Notes: a model not told the origin generated them from the sequence alone. Counted from the first letter of the stretch, positions 17,566 through 26,861 are shown. The stretch is DNA of 43,201 bases from Planctomycetaceae bacterium (GCA_035623955.1 DASPSM010000016.1:1-43201), one strand, 5' to 3'. Program-made: numbers and translations.

Positions 17566-18288
17566 GTGAGCCTGTTGTACCTGGTCCGCCACGGTCAAGC
17601 GTCGTTTTTCGGCGATAACTACGACCGCCTTTCGCCACTCGGTGAGCGGCAGGCGCGGCGCCTCGGTGAGTTCTTCGCGGCGCGGCGAGTGCAGTTCGAC
17701 GCGGTTTTCTCGGGCCCGGCCGAACGGCAGCGGCGCACAACCGAAATCGTCATCGAGACGATGGCGGCCGCCGGGTTGCCTTCTCCCACGCCGACAATCG
17801 TCGCCGGGCTGAACGAGCACGGCGGCGACAAACTGCTGAGCAAGCCGCACATGCACGCCGTTCTGGAGAAGTTTCCGGAATTGGGCGGCCTCGAACAGGC
17901 GTTTCGTGAAGCCCGCGAGCCCGAAGACGTGCAGAAGAGCTTTCAGAAGCTGTTCGAGGCGGCCGTCTTGCTTTGGACGCGAGGAGAGATCAACCCGCCG
18001 GGCATGGAATTGTGGGACGAATTTCATGCCCGCGCTCGCAAGGCCTTTGAGTCGATCACGTCGCATGGAGAGCGCGGCAGGACCACGCTGGCCGTCTCGT
18101 CCGTCGGGCCGATCTCGGTCGCCGTGCAGATGGCTCTGCAAACGTCGATTCCGGTCAGCCTCGATCTAGGTTGGCGGCTGCGAAACGCTTCAGTCACGAC
18201 ATTCATCTACACTCCAGGCAGGTTTAACCTCGACAGCTTTAATTCGCTCGCCCATCTGGCGGATCCGGCCGAGATAACGTACCGTTGA
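17566..18288 (+). CDS. Histidine phosphatase superfamily (phosphoglycerate-mutase-like) protein
   Basis: LYLVRHGQASF (catalytic RHG motif) followed by LSPLGERQARRLG. GTG start. Confidence 0.8.
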   Translation: MSLLYLVRHGQASFFGDNYDRLSPLGERQARRLGEFFAARRVQFDAVFSGPAERQRRTTEIVIETMAAAGLPSPTPTIVAGLNEHGGDKLLSKPHMHAVLEKFPELGGLEQAFREAREPEDVQKSFQKLFEAAVLLWTRGEINPPGMELWDEFHARARKAFESITSHGERGRTTLAVSSVGPISVAVQMALQTSIPVSLDLGWRLRNASVTTFIYTPGRFNLDSFNSLAHLADPAEITYR

Positions 18289-18300
18289 CTGGTCCATCGT

Positions 18301-18372
18301 GTAGGGCAGGCTGTGCCTGCCGAGTGCGAGTCAAGCGTCAATTTTATGCGCGGCAGGCACAGCCTGCCCTAC
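18301..18372. repeat. Perfect 22-bp inverted repeat (stem-loop, 28-nt loop)
   Basis: GTAGGGCAGGCTGTGCCTGCCG (18301-18322) and CGGCAGGCACAGCCTGCCCTAC (18351-18372) are exact reverse complements. The element sits 13 nt after the phosphatase stop and 40 nt before ATG 18412. Confidence 0.7.
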
Positions 18373-18411
18373 GCAATCGATCCGATTCCGATTGCTTTGG
18401 CGGGGGCTCTC

Positions 18412-19608
18412 ATGGATTTTTCAATTCCGCAACCGCTCCAAGAAACTCTCAAATCCGTTCGTAAGTTTTTGATTGACGAGGTCTATCCGCTCGAACGGGA
18501 TCTGTTGGCGCGCCCGTTTCGTGAGTTGCTTCCCGCACTGGCGGCCAGGCGAGACAAAGTCCGCGAGTTGGCGCTCTTCACGCCGCAAGTCAGCAAAGAG
18601 TACGGCGGAGCCGGGTTGAAATTCATGGAGCACGCCCTGTTGAGCGAAGAGCTGGGGCGCACGCCCTTGGGGCATTTCGTCTTTAACTGCCAGGCTCCCG
18701 ACGCCGGGAATATGGAAATCCTGCAGGAGTTCGGCACTCCCGAGCAGAAGGAGACGTGGCTCAAGCCGCTCGTCGCCGGCAAGATTCGCAGCTGCTTCTC
18801 GATGACCGAGCCGGGATTCCCCGGTTCCAATCCGGTGTGGATGAACACGACCGCCGTTCTCGAGGGCGATTCGTGGGTGATCAACGGGCGCAAGTGGTTC
18901 ACGTCGTCAGCCGACGGCGCTCGATTTGCCATTGCGATGGTCGTCACCAACCCCCAGGCTGACCCGCACGCCCGCGCGAGCCAGATCATCGTCCCCTGCG
19001 ATACGCCGGGTTTCAAAATCGTGCGGAACATTTCGGTGATGGGACATGCCGGCGACGACTGGCCCAGTCACAGCGAGGTTTCGTACGAGAACGTCCGCGT
19101 GCCGAAGAAGAATCTGCTCGGCCGCCAGGGGGCGGGCTTCGAGATCGCGCAGGCGCGGCTGGGGCCGGGCCGAATCCATCACTGCATGCGCTGGATGGGG
19201 ATCTGCGAGCGATCGTTCGATCTTTTGTGTGAGCGAGCAGCCCGCCGCGACCTGGCGCCCGACGACAAGCTCGGCACGCGGCAAACGATTCAAAATTGGA
19301 TCGCCGAAAGCCGGGCCGAGATCAATGCCGCGCGTCTGATGGTGCTGAAGGCGGCTTGGACGATCGATCGCGAGGGAACCAAGGCGGCCCGCGACGAGAT
19401 CTCGCTGATCAAATTCTTCGCGGCCGGCGTGTTGATGAAGGTCATCGATCGGGCGCTGCAGGCCCATGGAGCGTTGGGCATGACCGACGACACGATCCTC
19501 GCCTATTACTACCGGCACGAACGGGCTGCGCGGATCTACGATGGTCCCGACGAAGTCCACAAGAGCACCGTCGCGCGCCGGATTTTGCGCGGATATGGGC
19601 TGGCGTAA
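18412..19608 (+). CDS. Acyl-CoA dehydrogenase, ACAD10/ACAD11 (FadE2-like) clade
   Basis: FSMTEPGFPGSNP, WVINGRKWFTS, RLGPGRIHHCMRWMG, RIYDGPDEVH. Start moved to ATG 18412 (MDFSIPQPLQETL...) because the ORF-track start 18313 lies inside the inverted repeat. Confidence 0.9.
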   Translation: MDFSIPQPLQETLKSVRKFLIDEVYPLERDLLARPFRELLPALAARRDKVRELALFTPQVSKEYGGAGLKFMEHALLSEELGRTPLGHFVFNCQAPDAGNMEILQEFGTPEQKETWLKPLVAGKIRSCFSMTEPGFPGSNPVWMNTTAVLEGDSWVINGRKWFTSSADGARFAIAMVVTNPQADPHARASQIIVPCDTPGFKIVRNISVMGHAGDDWPSHSEVSYENVRVPKKNLLGRQGAGFEIAQARLGPGRIHHCMRWMGICERSFDLLCERAARRDLAPDDKLGTRQTIQNWIAESRAEINAARLMVLKAAWTIDREGTKAARDEISLIKFFAAGVLMKVIDRALQAHGALGMTDDTILAYYYRHERAARIYDGPDEVHKSTVARRILRGYGLA

Positions 19609-19729
19609 CGCCCGGCGAGCGTCGGGCGTAAGCCCGATGGTGCTTAGTCCTCTGGTCTTTCAATCTTTTCGCGTCAAAACGAAATCCAGGAGAAGCACCC
19701 GCCAGCTCACGCTGGCGGCTCGCCAAGCG

Positions 19730-20812
19730 ATGACCGAGCGCACCACGACGTTCGCCGATGCTTCCAGCCCAGTGCGCAAGGGCGAAGAGCTCGACGCAGC
19801 TCGCCTGGGGGCTTATCTGTCCGAGCAGCTGGGCCAGTGCGACGTCCCACTCGAGATCGAGCAGTTCCCGCAAGGGTTTTCCAACCTCACTTACCTGCTG
19901 CGATTCGGAAAAGACGAATACGTTCTGCGGCGTCCGCCGTTCGGCAACACGGTCAAGTCCGCGCACGACATGGGACGGGAATTCCACGTCCTCTCGAAGT
20001 TGTCGCGGGTCTACGAACTGGCGCCGAAGCCCCTCCTGTACTGCACGGACGAAGCCGTGCTCGGCGCCCCGTTTTACGTGATGGAGCGCCGCCGCGGCGT
20101 GATCCTGCGCCGCAAGCTGCCGAAGAACTTTCACCCGGAACCCGAAACGTTTCGCCGCCTGGGAACGTCGTTCATCGACAACCTTGCGCGCCTGCACGCG
20201 CTCGATTACAGTGCCGCCGGCCTTGGCGATTTGGGAAAGCCCGAGGGGTACGTCGAGCGGCAAGTCACCGGTTGGATCGGCCGGTACGAGAAGGCCAAGA
20301 CCGATGACTGGCCGCAAATGGACGACGTCGCGAAGTGGCTGGTCGAAAACCGTCCACCCGAATCGGGCGCCGCGCTGATCCATAACGACTACAAGTTCGA
20401 TAACGTCGTGCTCGACCCCAACGATTTGACGAGAATTGTCGGTGTGCTCGATTGGGAAATGTGCACGCTGGGGGATCCGCTGATGGATCTGGGTTGCACG
20501 CTGGCCTATTGGATTCAGGCCGACGACACCGAGGCGCTCAAGTACTTTGTCCCCGGGCCGACGTTTTTGCCCGGCAACCTGACGCGAAAAGAGTTACTCG
20601 ATCGCTACGCCGAGACGTCCGGCCGCGACCTGGGACATGTCCTTTTCTATTACTGCTACGGCCTCTACAAATTGGCCGTCATTATCCAGCAAATCTATGC
20701 CCGCTTTGCCCGTGGGTTTACACAGGACCAGAGGTTTGCCGAGATGAATCAGCAAGTCGGCAGCTTAAGCCGCACGGCCGCCCGGGCGATTGCAATCGGC
20801 GGCGTTTCTTGA
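19730..20812 (+). CDS. APH-type phosphotransferase (aminoglycoside phosphotransferase/ACAD10-11 kinase-domain family)
   Basis: Kinase catalytic loop LIHNDYKFDNVVLD and VLDWEMCTLGDPLMDLG. N-terminus VRKGEELDAARLGAYL is typical of this family. Start placed at ATG 19730 rather than ORF-track 19541. Confidence 0.85.
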   Translation: MTERTTTFADASSPVRKGEELDAARLGAYLSEQLGQCDVPLEIEQFPQGFSNLTYLLRFGKDEYVLRRPPFGNTVKSAHDMGREFHVLSKLSRVYELAPKPLLYCTDEAVLGAPFYVMERRRGVILRRKLPKNFHPEPETFRRLGTSFIDNLARLHALDYSAAGLGDLGKPEGYVERQVTGWIGRYEKAKTDDWPQMDDVAKWLVENRPPESGAALIHNDYKFDNVVLDPNDLTRIVGVLDWEMCTLGDPLMDLGCTLAYWIQADDTEALKYFVPGPTFLPGNLTRKELLDRYAETSGRDLGHVLFYYCYGLYKLAVIIQQIYARFARGFTQDQRFAEMNQQVGSLSRTAARAIAIGGVS

Positions 20813-21051
20813 CACAATTCACGGCGGGACCTTGACGCCGCTGGGCTGAACAAACGGTTTTTCTGGGCTTTTTGTCAGCGTCTGCGCCGTTTACGTTGTT
20901 TTTGCGATCCGATTACAAATCGTGAGGGGTACGTTCCGGGCGTTTCGCGGCGCGCTGCCGCTGGGACGAGATCCGTTGAGCGCGGTGCTTGGGGCACCCC
21001 GTTTCCGGACGATCGGAACGTTCGCTTCGGGTGGAAAGGTGTGACTGGCCC

Positions 21052-22977
21052 ATGAATCCGCAAATCCGCGAGTTGGACGAGCACGCGACCGAAAACGAGG
21101 CGACCTTCGTCGAAACCGCCCTCAAGCTGGGAGGGGCGAGCGAGGAAGAAGCAAAGAAGACCGGAGCGCTCGACCGAGCGGACGAGCAGATCGAGGACCT
21201 GTTCGCGCCAAAATATCAGACGGCCGGCAGCCCGGCGCATCGGGCCGTCTGGGATAAAGAATTTCCGATCGACATTTTCGTCGGACAGGCGAAGCCCGCC
21301 AGCCCCGCTGCCCAGACCGTGATGGACAAGTCGATCGAGGTCGTCAAACGCCGGCGCGACGCGGGCACGCTCTTCGACGAGAAAAACAAGATCCGCCAGG
21401 AATCGATCGACGAACTGGCGAAAGTCGGCTACTGGGGCCTGTTGGTCGATCCGAAATACGGCGGGAGCGGCTGCAACTTCGGCGCGTTCGCGCGGTTCCT
21501 GGTGAAGATGGGAGCCACCGATCCGACGACTGCCGGCCTGGCTTCGGTCCACGGCTGCATCGGCGCCGTCGACCCGGTCCGCACCTTCGGCAGCCCCGAG
21601 CAGAAGCAAGAATACCTCCCCAAGCTGGCCAGCGGCGAACGGGTTTCGGCCTTTGCGCTGACCGAGCCGGCCGCCGGCTCCGACCTCACAGCGCTTCGCA
21701 CCAAAGCCGAGCTCGTCGGCGACTACTACGTCGTCAACGGCGAGAAGCTGTTCATCACGAACGTGGTGCCGGGGCGGACCGTCGGTCTCGTCTGCCTGAT
21801 CAATAACAAGCCGGCCGTGTTGATTGCTGACCTGCCGGACAAAGAGGACGAGACCTTCCAACTGAAGAAGTACGGTCTGCATGCCCTCAAGCACACCTAC
21901 AACCAGGGCATGATCTTCAAGAACTTCAAGGTTCCCAAGAAGAACCTGCTGCAGCCGACCCGCGGCGACGGGCTGACCGTCGGCTACCACGGCCTCAACC
22001 GCGGCCGCGTGGCCGTGTGCGCGACTGGTGCGGCGGGCATGCGGCTGATGCTGGCCAACATGCTTCCCTGGGCCAAGTTCCGCAAGACTTATGGCGAGCA
22101 GATCGTGAAGCGCGAACTGGTTCGTCGGCGGATCGGCCGACTGGCCGCCCTGATCGTCGGCTGCGACGCGCTGATCGACTGGTGCTCGTGGCTCTTGGAC
22201 GAGGGCTACCGCGGCGAAATGGAATGCACGGTCGCCAAGATCTTTGGCAGCGAGTCGCTCAAGGAAGCGTCGATCGACCTGTTCATGAAGACGCACGGCG
22301 GCCGTTCGTTCCTGCACGGCCACATCTTCGGCGACAACGTGCACGAGTACCTGGCTCCGTGCATTTACGAGGGCGAAGGCGAGATGCTCTGCATGGGCTT
22401 CTTCAAGTCGCTCATCAAGGAGCACGGCCACAAGTACTACGAGCCGATCGGCAAGGCGCTCTACGCCGCCGGCATCAAGCAGCCCAACATGGCCAACCCG
22501 GCCCACATGTTGAAGCTGGCCCCGGCCGCGATGCCGTGGTTGAAGTGGCGGGCGAACGAAATGGTGGCGGGCCCCGTGCGGGCGAAGCTGCCGTCGATGC
22601 CGCCGTCGCTCGCGGAGTTGGCGCAGTTCGCCGCCGACAATCTGCAGGGGAGTCGGCTGGAGGTCGACCGCCTGATGCAGAAGAACCAGCTCAAGCTGGC
22701 CGACCGTCAGTGCACGATGGTCGAACTGTCGCAGCGAATTCAGAGCATGATCGTGATGCTCACGACCGCTCTCTGGGCGGCCAGGCAGTCCGACGAGCTG
22801 GTGAAGACCGCGGCGATCGTGCTCGGTCGCGATATTCGTCGCCAGCTCACCGGCAAGCGTCCGACGGCCGAGGACTTCCGCCTGATGACGAAACTCGGTT
22901 CGGACATTGCCGAGGGAGGCTTCAAGGCGCTCGCGGGCGTCGAAGAGGTCGAACTCTTGATGCCCTACACGCCTTGA
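21052..22977 (+). CDS. Large acyl-CoA dehydrogenase (FadE-like, about 640 aa)
   Basis: GYWGLLVDPKYGGSG, AFALTEPAAGSDL, YVVNGEKLFITN, TVAKIFGSE, IYEGEGEM. Start placed at ATG 21052 (MNPQIRELDE). Confidence 0.85.
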   Translation: MNPQIRELDEHATENEATFVETALKLGGASEEEAKKTGALDRADEQIEDLFAPKYQTAGSPAHRAVWDKEFPIDIFVGQAKPASPAAQTVMDKSIEVVKRRRDAGTLFDEKNKIRQESIDELAKVGYWGLLVDPKYGGSGCNFGAFARFLVKMGATDPTTAGLASVHGCIGAVDPVRTFGSPEQKQEYLPKLASGERVSAFALTEPAAGSDLTALRTKAELVGDYYVVNGEKLFITNVVPGRTVGLVCLINNKPAVLIADLPDKEDETFQLKKYGLHALKHTYNQGMIFKNFKVPKKNLLQPTRGDGLTVGYHGLNRGRVAVCATGAAGMRLMLANMLPWAKFRKTYGEQIVKRELVRRRIGRLAALIVGCDALIDWCSWLLDEGYRGEMECTVAKIFGSESLKEASIDLFMKTHGGRSFLHGHIFGDNVHEYLAPCIYEGEGEMLCMGFFKSLIKEHGHKYYEPIGKALYAAGIKQPNMANPAHMLKLAPAAMPWLKWRANEMVAGPVRAKLPSMPPSLAELAQFAADNLQGSRLEVDRLMQKNQLKLADRQCTMVELSQRIQSMIVMLTTALWAARQSDELVKTAAIVLGRDIRRQLTGKRPTAEDFRLMTKLGSDIAEGGFKALAGVEEVELLMPYTP

Positions 22978-23007
22978 GCGTGCGGGCGGCCGCCCGGCTG
23001 ACAACTG

Positions 23008-23039
23008 ACGGAGTCCGAGCTATTCGGCTCGGGCTCCGT
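23008..23039 (+). terminator. 13-bp stem hairpin between FadE-like and fadB (terminator/attenuator-like, no U-tract)
   Basis: ACGGAGTCCGAGC-tattcg-GCTCGGGCTCCGT pairs over 13 bp with one G-U. A 14-bp perfect palindrome CGGGCGGCCGCCCG at 22983-22996 precedes it. Confidence 0.3.
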
Positions 23040-23092
23040 TCCCCATCATCGCATCCCACGAACTCCGCACGGCTCCCCTTTCTGGAGCAACA

Positions 23093-25264
23093 ATGGCCAC
23101 CGCGTTTCGGCTGGAAGAACTCGACGGGCCGATCGCCCTCTTGACGTTCGACGTCCCCGAGCAGAGCGTCAACACGTTCTCTGGGCCGGTGATGACTGAA
23201 CTCAGCCAGGTCGTCGATCAGCTCGCGAAACGCAAGGACCTGCGCGGATTGCTGCTCAAGAGCGGCAAAAAGGGACAGTTCATCGCGGGGGCCGATCTCA
23301 AGGAGATGGGATCGCTCGCCTACGCGACGAAGGAACAAGTTCTTCCTGCGCTGCGAGGCGGACACGAGGTCTTCGGCCGCGTCAGCCGGCTTCCATTCCC
23401 GACCGTCGCGCTCATCGATGGCAACTGCATGGGAGGTGGAACGGAGATCACGCTGGCGATGGATTACCGGCTTGCCGCCGACAACCCGACGACAAAGATC
23501 GGCCTGCCGGAGGTCAAAGTCGGCATCATTCCTGGCTGGGGCGGAACGCAGCGCCTGCCGCGCGTCGTCGGCATCCAGCAAGCCATTCAGATGATCACTT
23601 CAGGCGATCCGATCGACGCCGGGCAGGCTGCGAAGTGTGGCCTGGTGTTCGATGCCGTGCCACCGGAGCGACTGATCGAAGAGGGGCGCCGCCTGATCGA
23701 CTTCGCGCAGCAGTCCGGTGAGTGGAAGGAGTTGCGGCGAAAGAAGGAGCAGCCGCTGGGCCTTAGCGACGACCAGTTGAACTTTGCGTTTGGCGTTTCC
23801 GAAGGGGCCGTGCTGGGCGCCACGAAGGGGCAGTACCCGGCGCCGCTCGCCGCACTGCGGGCGATGAAAGAAGGAGTCAATCGGCCTCTTTCCGAGGGGA
23901 TCGAGATCGAGCTGCGAGAGTCGCAGGGTGTTGTGGGGACGCCGACGTCCGCCGCGCTGATCGGCGTCTTCTTCATGCAGAATCTGCTGGCTCGCGACCG
24001 GGGCGTGACCGATCCCAACGTCAAGGCCCGTCCCGTGAATCGGGTCGGTGTGCTCGGCGCGGGACAGATGGGCGCGGGCATCGCGACGGCCCACGCTCGG
24101 AGCGCGATCCCCACGGCGATGGTCGACGTGGACGACGCGCGGATCGCCGACGGCATGCGCCGCGCGGCCGAAGTGGTGACGAGTCGGATCAAAATCGGTC
24201 GCGCGACGACGGCCGATCTGCAAGGCCTGCTTTCATCGCTGAGCGCGTCGACCTCGCACCAGGTTTTTTCTGATTGCGACGTCGTGATCGAAGCGGTCAC
24301 GGAAAACGAAGAGCTGAAAACGGCCCTTTACCGCCAGCTGGCGACCGTCCTCAAGAAGGACGCGATCCTGGCGACGAACACGTCCACGATCTCGATCACG
24401 CGAATGGCCGAGGCCTGGCCCAACCCGACCCGGTTCATCGGCATGCATTTCTTCCTGCCCGTCGACCGGATGCAGCTCGTCGAAGTCATCCGCGGCAAGC
24501 GCACGAGCGACGAAACGGTCGCGACGATCGTCGAGCTGGCCAAACGCATCAAGAAGACGCCGATCGTCGTCAATGACTGCGCCGGCTTTCTCGTTAACCG
24601 GATTTTACTTCCCTACATGACCGAAGCTCTCGCGCTTCTGTTGGAGGGAGCATCAATGGACGCGATCGACCGCGTGGCGACGAAATTCGGCATGCCGGTC
24701 GGCCCGATTGCCCTGCAGGACATGGTGGGTCTCGATACGTCGTGCTTTGCCGGCAAAGTGCTGGCGGCGGCCTACAGTGACCGGGCCCTCAAGATCACGC
24801 TCCTTGACGATCTGATCGCGGCCAAGCGGCTCGGCAAGAAATCGGGAGCCGGATTCCGCAAATTCGCGGGCACGAAAGGCAAGCCGGCGGACGACCCGGC
24901 GTTCGCTCCGTTTTTGGAAAAGCATCGCACCGCGAAACGCGAAGTCTCGAACCAGGAAATCGAAGACCGGCTGTTCCTCTCGATGCTCTTGGAGGCCGTG
25001 CGGACGCTCGAAGAGGGAATCGTTCGGGAGCCCGCGCACGTCGATATGGGGTTGATTCTGGGTGTTGGCTTCCCGCCGTTTCGCGGCGGGATCCTCCGCT
25101 GGTGCGACGCGGTGGGGGCGGGCCCGCTCGTGGACCGCGCCTCGAAATACACGTCCTTGGGCAAACGGTTCGAGCCCAGCCCGATGCTCGTCGACATGGC
25201 GAAAACAGGCAAGAAGTTTTATCCGCGACCGGCGGCGAGCAGTTCCCCGACGAAGTCCGTTTAA
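23093..25264 (+). CDS. fadB: Multifunctional fatty-acid oxidation protein: enoyl-CoA hydratase / 3-hydroxyacyl-CoA dehydrogenase (FadB/FadJ type)
   Basis: N-terminal crotonase region ([26 protein letters not shown]). Rossmann motif [15 protein letters not shown]-terminal 3HCDH region. SD GGAG 6 nt before the ATG. Confidence 0.9.
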   Translation: MATAFRLEELDGPIALLTFDVPEQSVNTFSGPVMTELSQVVDQLAKRKDLRGLLLKSGKKGQFIAGADLKEMGSLAYATKEQVLPALRGGHEVFGRVSRLPFPTVALIDGNCMGGGTEITLAMDYRLAADNPTTKIGLPEVKVGIIPGWGGTQRLPRVVGIQQAIQMITSGDPIDAGQAAKCGLVFDAVPPERLIEEGRRLIDFAQQSGEWKELRRKKEQPLGLSDDQLNFAFGVSEGAVLGATKGQYPAPLAALRAMKEGVNRPLSEGIEIELRESQGVVGTPTSAALIGVFFMQNLLARDRGVTDPNVKARPVNRVGVLGAGQMGAGIATAHARSAIPTAMVDVDDARIADGMRRAAEVVTSRIKIGRATTADLQGLLSSLSASTSHQVFSDCDVVIEAVTENEELKTALYRQLATVLKKDAILATNTSTISITRMAEAWPNPTRFIGMHFFLPVDRMQLVEVIRGKRTSDETVATIVELAKRIKKTPIVVNDCAGFLVNRILLPYMTEALALLLEGASMDAIDRVATKFGMPVGPIALQDMVGLDTSCFAGKVLAAAYSDRALKITLLDDLIAAKRLGKKSGAGFRKFAGTKGKPADDPAFAPFLEKHRTAKREVSNQEIEDRLFLSMLLEAVRTLEEGIVREPAHVDMGLILGVGFPPFRGGILRWCDAVGAGPLVDRASKYTSLGKRFEPSPMLVDMAKTGKKFYPRPAASSSPTKSV

Positions 25265-25318
25265 GCGAGATGCAAGCCCACACTATGCTGCGCGATTCCC
25301 GAACTCCAACGGCTGACT

Positions 25319-25347
25319 CCCTCACCCCCTGCCCCTCTCCCGCAAGG
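25319..25347. repeat. GC-rich hairpin repeat, copy A left part (interrupted by the MITE)
   Basis: CCCTCACCCCCTGCCCCTCTCCCGCAAGG is 28/29 identical to the reverse complement of 25575-25603. Its right half GGAGAGGGG resumes after the MITE at about 25456. Confidence 0.6.
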
Positions 25348-25446
25348 AGCTTTGCCCAAAAACGGGGACTGACCCCCTACCGGAAGGGCAAACCAGCACT
25401 CCAGCCGCAACGGGTCAGGGGTCTGTCCCCGTTTTGGGGCAAAGCC
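25348..25446. mobile_element. MITE-like element, copy 2 (99 bp), nested in a GC-rich hairpin repeat
   Basis: Same element as 10199-10295, differing by a few substitutions and a 2-nt indel. Flanked by perfect 9-bp direct repeats CCCGCAAGG (25339-25347 and 25447-25455). Confidence 0.7.
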
Positions 25447-25574
25447 CCCGCAAGGGGAGAGGGGAGAAGGATTGCGGGTGAAGCGGAGAGATTTTTCGCA
25501 CGAGTCCTTGACGATCTGCACCTAAACACAGTTTTGTGCAAAGGGGCAAATGCGAACGCTCTTCCCCCCTCTCC

Positions 25575-25603
25575 CCTTGCGGGAGAGGGGCTGGGGGTGA
25601 GGG
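25575..25603. repeat. GC-rich hairpin repeat, copy B (inverted relative to copy A)
   Basis: CCTTGCGGGAGAGGGGCTGGGGGTGAGGG, part of the intact hairpin CCCCTCTCCCCTTGCGGGAGAGGGG (25567-25591 region). Confidence 0.6.
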
Positions 25604-25654
25604 GTGTCTGCCCGCTGCACGATGCAGTCTTTTAGCATAGATCGGAGCAAGACG

Positions 25655-26815
25655 ATGAGACACGCGGTGGTGATCGACGCGGTTCGCACGCCGATCGGGA
25701 AGGCCTCGTCGGACAAGGGGATTTACCGCGACGTTCGCGCCGAAGAGCTGTCGGCCCACGTGATCGACACGCTCGTCAAGCGAACGGGAATCGACCCGCA
25801 TCTGATCGACGACGTGCGTTGGGGCTGCGTGCAACAGCAGGGGGAGCAGGGTTTCGACGTCGCGCGGACGGTGGCGCTCATGGCCGGCCTGCCAATCGAG
25901 GCGGGGGGCGTGACGATCAATCGCAACTGCGCGTCGAGCCTGCAGGCGATCAACGACGCGGCGATGAACGTGGCTGCGCATTGCGAAGACGTGCAGATTG
26001 CAGGCGGAGTGGAGCACATGGACCACGTCCCGATGAACAAGGACTACAATCCCCCTCCCGGCCTCTTTTTCAAGCACAGCGAGGCCATCATGAACATGGG
26101 CCTCACCGCCGAATACATGGCGATGAAGTACCAGATTCCGCGACAGAAGCAGGACGAGTTCTCGGTCCGCAGCCATCAACTCGCGGCCCAGGCGACGACG
26201 GAGGGCGGTTTCAAGTCCGAAGTGGTGCCAACCTGGGGACGCGACGAAGAGGGACGCAAAGTCCAGATCACGCAGGACCAGGGGATCCGCTTCGACTGCT
26301 CGCTCGACGGGCTGGCGAAGCTGCCGCCGGCGTTTAATCCGGCCAGCGGCTCGGTGACGGCCGGCAATAGCTCGCAGGTGAGCGTCGGCGCGACGGCGGT
26401 CCTCGTGATGTCCGAGCAAAAGGCGCAAGAGCTGGGACTCAAACCGATGGCCAGGATCCGCGCGATGGCTGTCGCCGGCGTCGATCCGTGCGAAATGGGC
26501 ATCGGCCCCGTCCCGGCGATTCACAAAGTTCTCCGACGATCCGGGCTTACGCTCGCCGACTTGGGGAGCATCGAAATCAACGAGGCGTTCGCCGTGCAGG
26601 TGCTTTCGTGCCTGCGGCTGTTGGGAACCGACGAAAAACGAGTCAACCGCCGTGGGGGCGCGATCGCGTTGGGCCACCCGCTCGGAGCCAGCGGCGCGCG
26701 GATTGTGACGACGCTTTTGCACCGGATGCGCGACGAAGGGTCGAAGTACGGCCTGGCAACCATGTGCGTCGGCCAGGGGCAGGGCGTGGCAACCGTTTTC
26801 GAAGCATGCCAGTGA
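25655..26815 (+). CDS. fadA: Acetyl-CoA C-acyltransferase (3-ketoacyl-CoA thiolase)
   Basis: NRNCASSLQAI (nucleophilic Cys), NEAFAVQ, GGAIALGHPLGASGAR, MCVGQGQG. SD GGAG 7 nt before ATG 25655. ORF-track start 25604 lies inside the repeat. Confidence 0.9.
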   Translation: MRHAVVIDAVRTPIGKASSDKGIYRDVRAEELSAHVIDTLVKRTGIDPHLIDDVRWGCVQQQGEQGFDVARTVALMAGLPIEAGGVTINRNCASSLQAINDAAMNVAAHCEDVQIAGGVEHMDHVPMNKDYNPPPGLFFKHSEAIMNMGLTAEYMAMKYQIPRQKQDEFSVRSHQLAAQATTEGGFKSEVVPTWGRDEEGRKVQITQDQGIRFDCSLDGLAKLPPAFNPASGSVTAGNSSQVSVGATAVLVMSEQKAQELGLKPMARIRAMAVAGVDPCEMGIGPVPAIHKVLRRSGLTLADLGSIEINEAFAVQVLSCLRLLGTDEKRVNRRGGAIALGHPLGASGARIVTTLLHRMRDEGSKYGLATMCVGQGQGVATVFEACQ

Positions 26816-26861
26816 GGTTTGCGCTTTAGCAGCTGCGATGCGAGAGGGGAGGTCCGGATTC

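Noticed and set aside
18313-18411. N-terminal extensions suggested by ORF-track starts (18313, 19541, 20989, 25604, 34543, 37062, 41653)
   Set aside because: The extensions either translate repeat elements (18313, 25604), overlap the upstream gene (34543, 37062), or lack an SD where an internal ATG/GTG has one or creates a coupled ATGA/GTGA junction.
20875-23004. 709-aa ORF on the minus strand covering the whole FadE-like gene
   Set aside because: The translation is Arg/Gly/His/Ala/Leu-rich with no recognisable motif. The plus-strand frame carries clear acyl-CoA dehydrogenase motifs. This is a typical antisense open frame of a GC-rich gene.
25319-25603. Possible CRISPR array
   Set aside because: The repeats are inverted relative to each other, internally palindromic and present as only two units. 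They lack regular spacing, and no cas genes are in the window.
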